Shown here piece by piece: positions 56,139-64,000 of a stretch of DNA of 64,000 nucleotides. The position numbers were made by a program, and so were the translations under genes. Origin of the DNA: Ramazzottius varieornatus (lineage: Eukaryota > Animalia > Tardigrada); NCBI GenBank assembly GCA_001949185.1, contig BDGG01000002.1, forward strand, positions 7,926,448 to 7,990,447. The letters are read 5' to 3'. Under the pieces are notes generated by a model. The model saw only the letters and a list, made by a program, of their open reading frames with translations. It had not been told where the DNA came from and did not search any database. The number at the start of each line of letters is the position of its first letter. Positions within the stretch are counted from its first letter, which is position 1.

Positions 56139-57049
56139 GTGTGAATACATTGCTTCATTTTTATTCGCATTCTCAATGTGGCATTTCGTCGTTCGGGCTG
56201 GGAATTTTTTGTTTGCTCGGAACTCGGACTTGCCTCCAGAGCGAGATCAATAACCAGCGGTCAACAAAAACCCAGCACGGCAAAAAAAAATTTACGATGG
56301 CGAGTGATTTTCCTGATATTCTGGATTTCATCTTTTTAGTCAGACACATACACGGCACTCCTCCAGAAAAAAAAGTGGAGCTGTGGGGACAGATTCCTCT
56401 TTCGAACCTATGCCCGATTTGATTATCATCAGCAAGGGCGTATTAGGGGGGGAGCAATTCTACAATTGCGGGACTTTTCCGTTTAAGAAATTGCCGATCT
56501 GCGATTTGTGAGAGCAAAATTTAAGTTTTAGAACGAGGGGTTTTGAGAAATTACAGATCCGCAATTTTGAAGATTTGCGAATACTCGTGATGATAAACCA
56601 TGTCAGCGAGATCGAGTAAATTCGGGTCATCGCCGGAGAATGCTTCGCTTCCGAGCTCACCTGGAGTTTTAGTCGTGGCCTAAGGTCGTTCACTTTTAAG
56701 ATAATCTTATCCAATGCAGACACACCTGTACGGTTTATCCCTCTCGGAACTCAATTTTGTTACTGTGCGCATACTGTGCATGTACGGCGAGAAAGTTTGG
56801 AGCAGTGAAACGATCGGAACAGGCAATCCCGAAACAGCGGAACAGAAGTTTGTACGTACGTTTGAAGTTCACACTGATGCACTTTTTGACGATTTTCTAC
56901 TGTTGAATTGTCAATTTACCGTCTTTTCCGCCTGTTCCAAACTTTTTACTGTTCCAATCTTTCTCGCCGTGCGTGTACGCAGTCAAACGGTATATCTGCC
57001 TACAATACAGCAAGCTGCGAAGGGGCCGAAGGCGATCGATCAGCTTGTA

Positions 57050-57200
57050 CTGTACGAGGAGCGAGGTCTTACTTTGCTCAGCGTACAACTTTGCCCACCT
57101 ACGTCACGTTCACGTCACAAAGCCGAAGCCTGCGCACTGCTCGTGACGTATAGTGAACAAAGTTTTACGCTGAGCAAAGCGAGACCTCGCTCCTCTTATG
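57050..57200. mobile_element. Foldback MITE, copy 2 (same family as 54488)
   Basis: cgaggagcgaggtcttactttgctcagcgta ... tacgctgagcaaagcgagacctcgctcctc. Confidence 0.7.
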
Positions 57201-58858
57201 TACGGTACAGGGTTTCCCCACTCAGCATAGCTTCAAATCGGGCTGATGCATTCAGCGGTTGCGTTTCATCGTCGTGCCAACAAAGCCTTCAATTCTTTGA
57301 CGCGTATCTTTTCTTTCCGCTGTAGCTCACGACACACAGGTGCTATCAAAAGAAATGCTAGTGATAGACTGCGTTTGCAGACTGTAACCCAGGAGAAAAG
57401 TGTTGGGTTGCGAGATGAGGTCGGGCAGGATTGCAGTATCGTTCTGACTTGACGGTCAGCTGAACCCCGGAAGGAGCCCCAAAGCTGAATGCTGAAGAAC
57501 AAAGGATTTGTTCAGCATTGCTAATGTGATTCGTTGTTGATTCGGACAGGCAATGTTATCTGAGCATTGCCGGAAGTAGGATTTGCAGAATGGTCAGAAT
57601 GTTATCCGAGTGAGTTTGTCGTTTGATTCTCGCTTATGGTTGATGGTTACAGCATTCACGCAGTTAGCATTGCCTTTACATTCCTGTCCGTGGTTTTAAG
57701 CGGCGGAAACCTGATCTGGTAGCCACAAGCCTGTCAATAGGGAAAGTTGACAGTGAGAATGTCTGTGATAAGATGAGGTCGTACCTGGTCTGTCGCAGCG
57801 GAAATCAGGCTGCCGTCCGAAACAGCGCTAATCTCGACATTTCCAGAGGACTTATCGTCCACATAGCTACGAAGCCGTAGAAATTCGAAGAACAGGACGC
57901 GGGAGTTGCGTCCATCCACTTGGTTCAGCAACTTCACATTCTCCGTTAGAGCGTTAGAAAACCCAAGAGCGCTCTTCAGCAGGCATACCACCAATATTGG
58001 TTTCGCCGGCAGGGAAACTGCTGAGGATATCGGCAGCTAGTTTATGAATTCTAAAACGAGTTGCAAGCGCCGTTAGAGTTTCCGTTTAGAGTATCACAGA
58101 AATAAATAATTAGTACCTATCCTTTAAGAGACCGCTCGAAATTAAGACGCAGTCTATGTAATCTCGGTAGTGCGCAGAAATGAGAAAAGTTTCCGGCGGA
58201 TATCCTTCGAAAGTGTCCGGTATCTAACCCACATGACATTGAGCGGATCTTGCACCACGACACAAAACAAGAAAACCAATATAATAATACCAAGTTAGCT
58301 CAGTTACTCCAGGTCCGAGCTGCGCCTTCGGCAAACGTTCATTTCGAGATTGTGCCATTCCCTTAATTGGTGAACGGGAAGAGGATGATCGGTGAACAGG
58401 TGCGTCAGCAGGTCGACTGAATTGACAAATTACTCTGCTCTGTGAAACGATGTTTCGATGATCGAGAAATACCAGCCATAAAAGCGAAAATCATTGATCG
58501 GATATGTCTGAGTAAGAGCAGTCGATGGACTTTGAGTTCAGCGCGGGAACTCGACTTTAGGTCATCAGTGCATCCAAGTAGCATCAAAGGGACGAAACCA
58601 AAAGCGCAGCAGACACGAATTTTATTCATCATGAGCATTCCATCAACTTCAAAATGCGTCTTCGGTTAGTAAAAATCGAAGCAGCTTCCAGCGTGATTCT
58701 GTATCTTCCATTCAGAAAACAGACAACAGACAACTGACATATTTGATTATATTTCCGGTCGGCCTTTCTTTGCCGCACGTCTCCCGCTTGTTTCTAACTT
58801 CAACCAGTATCCCAGAATTTCTTGACCAGGCACCATTCCAAGACACTAACTAGCCTGA

Positions 58859-61800
58859 TCATCCCTTAGCCGTATCTCTTTTTCTCTGCGCTGCGTTCTC
58901 GAGCGGCATTGTGCCCGGCCTAGTCTGTCCTTGCGGAGCCTTTGGATTCCATCCCGAAACAGGCCGTGACATCTTTCGTTGCTCAATTTCCTTTCGCGAT
59001 TCTCGAGCTCGCTGCGTGAAATATTATAAATTACCCATCAGGATAGATTCATGAACACTTTAGAGAGAGTATAAGAAAGCCAGTAAGTTGAACCTACCTC
59101 TTCCCTAACTGCTAATTTCATCTCGTGCTCGTTCCGCGCTATCTCGGTTGCAATGTTTTGCGGTATATAAGAGACCACAGACGACAAGCTTAGTTTCGCG
59201 ATAACCAAGATGTGCTAAACGACAGAAAACAGCTGTACAGTACACGCGCCTGGCCTAAATGTGGGGATGGACAAAAATGTGGGGAACGGAGCGAAAGCGA
59301 CTNNNNNNNNNNNNNNNNNNNNNNNNNNNNNNNNNNNNNNNNNNNNNNNNNNCACCTTTAGGCCAGGCACGTGTACTTTACAATGGAGTACCGTACGTGT
59401 GCGGAATTTCATACCTCGAGCACCACGAAGGCCAGGATTAGTTGCCCATTAGTCCATGTCGCCGGGAAAGAATTCTTGGTTTCAGGAGACACGAAGATCA
59501 GTGCGAGGTTCGTCACCACAGCCACGAAGCCCATCAGCTCGAAAGCAACCTGCCACGGCCCGATCCCGTTGGCCGGCTGAGCAAAAGGTCTCCGAATTAC
59601 GTTAGACACTTTAAAGCCGTCGCCTCTAATCTCAATCAGATTGTTGAGCAAGGCGAAAAGGGGAGCCACGGGAAAAGCGGAGGAAAATAGGAAACAGTGC
59701 CCGAACTGAAAACAAAATTGGCGTGAACCTGAACATTATGGTTGTGAAAAAGCGAAATATTTACGGCATAAAGGATTTGCTCAATGTTACCACCTGTAGG
59801 AGAAGCTCTACATAGTCGTCAAACGTTCCCTGCAGAAACTAATTGTGTATGACAGTATGAGCGGTTTCTTCTGAAGCAGCAACGGTTTGCTTTCCCTACC
59901 GGGTATTCTGGCAACTGTCCTTCGATAGTTGCTTGTTCTTTGAGTACCATGAAATTTGGATCATCATATTCATCGGCATGCGCTTCAAGAGTCTTTGCTT
60001 GCTGTTTAAATATCCACTGATCCAAGCGAACTTTTATCCAGGGAAGGATGATTTCCGGAATCTGATCCGTCATTTGGTTAGTAATGAGCTGGGCGGCCAA
60101 GTGAGTACGTAAGAGCACCAGGTCTTGCACCCAGAAGGCAATGTAAAACAGCGATGAGAAAGAGTTGACGAAGTTGAACAATAGCAACTTCCAGATGAGA
60201 TGGAACTCGTAGTGGGACTGCAACCGGTGATTTTCTCTATCCGTCAACCATACTGCTGTACGTCTAAATCAAAATAATTATGATCACGTATGGAAACGTT
60301 TGACCGCCATGGAATTTGCAATTTTGCTGGATGTGTACCCGGAGATCAAGCTGAAACACTTGGTCCATACAGTGTACAGGACACTAGGGATGTAGACCCA
60401 CAGGAACGACGAGAACCCCGAAGCTTGTACTGCCACCTGCTCGGCAGTGTTATTAATCTTGTTCCGCTCCGTCATGAACTTGTTCAGGACGTACGCGCTG
60501 GTAAGCAGGCACAGAGCAACACTGGGGTAAGACACGAAGGTGATCCACAGGTTTCGCTTCCTTTCCGAATACACAGGTTCGGGAAATCCTGTCACTGGAT
60601 TTTTACCCATTTTGCCTGCAAGAAACCTACAGATCAATTTTATACTGACCCGAACGACAGGGGACAAGAAGCAGGCCAAACCTCTGAACTGTGGCCGGGG
60701 AAGTTCCAGTTGTTCGTTGGGTTTTAGTAGCGTTCCCCACCGATATGCCAAGGTAGCGCAGTATCGTTTCCAGCGTACAAAGAAGAACGTTGCCCACAGC
60801 ATGTTGAAGGCTGCGAACGCTCCAATCCCTTGCAAAGATTCAAGACTGAAAAAGCTGACGAAGAACATGATGATGGCCAGCAGTGTCGCTGGCACAAGCA
60901 TCTCGGTGTAGAACTCCAAGAAAGCAAAGTAGATGGCGATGTGTTCGCCAAAGTACCTTCGGATACTGTCTGAAACACCGTATAGAAGCTTTCGCCTTTC
61001 GGCAGTAGAGACTGTACAGGTCATCTGGTGTGGTACATTACAGTACCTAAAGGCTGAGTTGTCAGCAAGGACGTACGAAGCCACTCTTTTTGCAGATGTT
61101 TCAGTTCTTCCTTGTTATGCAGCGAGTATACCTTGTTGATGAGCTCTTTTTTCTGAATTTCTGTAACTGCAAATGGAAAGGTTTCGCTATTCCCGAAGTG
61201 TAAGGATACAGTACATCTGGCAGCTGCACTTACAGACACTTTGACCGACAGAAAATCGGAGGTTGTCCTGAATCCGGAAAAACAAGTCGATCTCTTCGGG
61301 TTTGGCTCGCACTTCGTTGATCTCGTAATGAACCATCCTGGCTTTCTCCGCATACGTGAAAAGCGTCTCAGGGTGTTTCACTGACAGTACAGGATAGCAT
61401 GTAGATTGGGGATGAATGATGCTATGACGTTTTAGAGCTTTAAATCTGACGCTTACAATCTGTGACGAATTTGGTGAGAGTCTTGACAGTAAACGCTTTC
61501 AGTGCTCCATGGTTTGACAAGTCAGGCTTGGTCATCTCTAGCCATTCGGCAATCTCCATCTGACGGTAGAAGGGTGCACAGACGTGGAGGTAACGATACT
61601 GTCCATAGTAAGCAAGAGTTAAATTATATTAGGGAGAAGTGAAAAGTCAGAAACACCAGTGCGTCATCCGCCTACGTGGTTCGTCGCGATATCCCGAACT
61701 GGCCGAACTACAAGCTCTGCTCCCCCGACAGATTTCGGTGCCATAATGCGTTGTATCAACCAGTTGACCAGCTCTTCCTGACATTTTGCGGAGAGTTCGA

Positions 61801-61864
61801 TAACGCAGTGGGACTCGAACGGTTCTTCTCGTTGAATTTCCGGGTCGTTCTCTGGATGGGACAT
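58859..61864 (-). CDS. ANO10: Anoctamin/TMEM16, ANO10 (TMEM16K)-like
   Basis: GGAELVVRP, YSLHNKEELKHL, IRRYFGEHIAIYFAFL, LAYRWGT, TDRENHRLQSHYE, NFVNSF, NNLIEIRGDGFK and RPFAQPANGIGPWQ. Confidence 0.9.
59240..59377. mobile_element. Intronic MITE spanning a 50-N assembly gap (59303-59352)
   Basis: gtacacgcgcctggcctaaa before the gap and tttaggccaggcacgtgtac after it are inverted repeats. Confidence 0.65.
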
Positions 61865-63166
61865 TCAAGTTTAGTTCCCTGAAATCTTGCCGTCGGACTA
61901 TTCCTTGAGTCCTTCTTAGTACAGTGCAGATTGATTAGTACACTTATTTTGGATCCATGTCAGACTTATTGCAAGCTGAGACTTGGAGCATAGTACACAG
62001 CGCTACTTGAACTGGAATCTGTGGCAACAAAACTGGACACTGCTAAGCAAGCAAAATGACCTCACAGCGCGTCGGTAGTCTAAAAACCATGGTCAGCCCA
62101 AATATGCAAACTGCAAAGCAACCCGGCATTTATTTCACACCAGCCACAAGAATGTTTTGTCAAAAGCTCAGCGGAACAAAAGAGAACGAAACCCCCGAAA
62201 CGTATTAAATCGAGACACAGAAACGCAGAAAGCGTCTTGCAACGAACACAAAACTGCGGATGTAAAACAACCCCACTTCAACATTGATAAGTATTCACCG
62301 TGCTCCTGACGAGTCGCATCGTCCAAAGGAAGAAAGTTTCGTACTGTTGGTCGGCTAATTGATGGCACTGAATCCGGTAGGCTTGCAGCATACACGTATC
62401 ATGAATATGTAGCCCTAAAGAGAAAGCAGGAGCACGCTAAAAACCGAGATCTCCACACAACAAGACTATAGAAAGCACGGGTCCTTCAAAGTACAAAATT
62501 AATTCTTCGAGACCCGACAAGCTCGGTTATCATCTGGATACGTACACAGGGGCGTGAAAGCTTCGCTGGTAGTTGATTTTATGGTGGAGCAGGTGCCCTC
62601 GCTGAATCATGGATTCGCATCCACAGGGTGTCTCCAGAAGCGCTTCCGATAACTCAAAGGCGTTGTCACCTATCAGCAGAAAAGCACTGAACGATCGAGC
62701 TGGTGCAAGGACAGCTTTATCGAGATAATGTGCACACCCGTGAAAATCTCCACTACAATTCCTAACCACAACCCCTCAGTTCCATAATCAACGTCACCAC
62801 TTTGTGCGATGGATGGCGGAAAGAACCTCTTGAAATCTGGCGATTTTTTCAAGGTAGCGAAGGAGATATTGGCAACTTGACGGGTTTCCGGAAAGTAGAC
62901 GATGGCGTAACCTGTATGTTTTGCCATAACGGAGAAAGACAGAGAGAGGAATCAGCCGATTGAAAATCAGAACGGCGAAAACTGACAAGCTGGGATACAG
63001 CACCAAAACTCTGACCGAAACCTGAGAAATCCAAGTTACCAAGCCGACGGTACCAAGTAAGTGTATGAAAGTATACTGTAATGTTGACCACTCTTTCAGT
63101 CGCACAGTGCGCTAATAAGGCAAATCCCCAACTTGTACTGCGGCTATGTTTCATGATTGTCACAAG

Positions 63167-63826
63167 CTAATTAAATCGAGGATTATGCTTCTTGAGATGC
63201 TGCTCAGTATCGGTGTTCGATTGAGAAGTTGTGGGTGGCGTCGTTCGAGCTGTCACTTTTCCAGGTAGCGCCTCCTCAGTTACTTTTGCTGTTCTACCAC
63301 CGGGTAAAGCATCGTCCACTGCACGCTGAGTAGAAGCAACAGGCGCTGTCGCGTTTTGTTTGTTGTCTAGTTCTACCGATTCCATTGACCATTCTTTCGT
63401 CGGCCGATCAACAACGTCCAGTACAGTATGTTCGAGCAAATTTGTCTGTGGGTGGGTATGTGATTCCTCAGGCTCGTTACTCTCTATCCTTAGCGAAGTC
63501 TCCTCAAACAGCGGATTGTGTACCACCAGAGTCGTTGGTTCCTCTCTCCTGCGTGAAAGCAACTCAGCATCTGGTGATGGCTGACTGTTGGCATTTTCCA
63601 CAGTTTCATGCCTGTTACGATGTTGCGCAGCCTGATGTGCTCTCTGCTGCATGAGCTTGAAGCTGTCCGAGTCGGTTTGGTGAAACTCGGCATTCCGAAT
63701 GCTCTGAAACATCCGATCGCGCCTTTCGTTGAAGTCTTCCGACGTGCCCTCAATAGGACTGAAGTCCTGGCTGTTGGTTTCTTTCAGACGACTGATGTGA
63801 TCCATCATGGAGGGTGTTACCGCAAA
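63167..63826 (-). CDS. Exon of an unknown, low-complexity polar protein
   Basis: A 228-codon stop-free frame containing an acceptor (ttttccttcgtag); S/T/E/Q-rich with no recognisable domain. Confidence 0.4.
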   Translation of the reverse strand, partial: FAVTPSMMDHISRLKETNSQDFSPIEGTSEDFNERRDRMFQSIRNAEFHQTDSDSFKLMQQRAHQAAQHRNRHETVENANSQPSPDAELLSRRREEPTTLVVHNPLFEETSLRIESNEPEESHTHPQTNLLEHTVLDVVDRPTKEWSMESVELDNKQNATAPVASTQRAVDDALPGGRTAKVTEEALPGKVTARTTPPTTSQSNTDTEQHLKKHNPRFN

Positions 63827-64000
63827 GTTGCCTACGAAGGAAAAACTCACCAATCAGTTTTTCGGTTATATCCCTCTCTCTCTCTCGCGCACTCGTTAAT
63901 CAATGTGCTATAACGCCGCTGCGGACGGACTTTGCAAAGAACAGAGACGTACTGAGGTTACTGTCCATCGAAGGAGGGTCAGCGTAAACATGAATAGCCT

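Overview
Compact, gene-dense animal genomic DNA, not prokaryotic. Genes are multi-exon with short GT-AG introns, mostly about 50-100 nt, so the ORF track shows only exon fragments. A P2X receptor and the tiny introns suggest a small-genome invertebrate such as a tardigrade (inference only). Genes reconstructed by manual splicing, in order: SLC2/GLUT sugar transporter (3' exon), SLC22 transporter, GCH1, an orphan Cys/His/Gly-rich protein, P2X, SLC25A42, SRP19, CALML4, VMAT, NDUFA2, a PGRP-TM-tyrosine kinase, DESI1 with a PUL-like extension, a tailless histone H3-like gene, PIGQ, an Elongin-B-like protein and ANO10. About 43.6-57 kb is decayed transposon sequence (CRE-like non-LTR, Gypsy, pogo fragment, MITEs). 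Main finding (about 31.5-34.3 kb): one in-frame spliceable gene joining a non-catalytic peptidoglycan-recognition (PGRP) ectodomain, a single TM helix and an intact split tyrosine kinase, i.e. a candidate bacteria-sensing receptor tyrosine kinase. Also notable are the acidic tailless H3-fold protein lacking H113 and the Elongin-B-like domain embedded in acidic arms. Exon structures were read by eye, and family names come from motif recognition rather than database searches.
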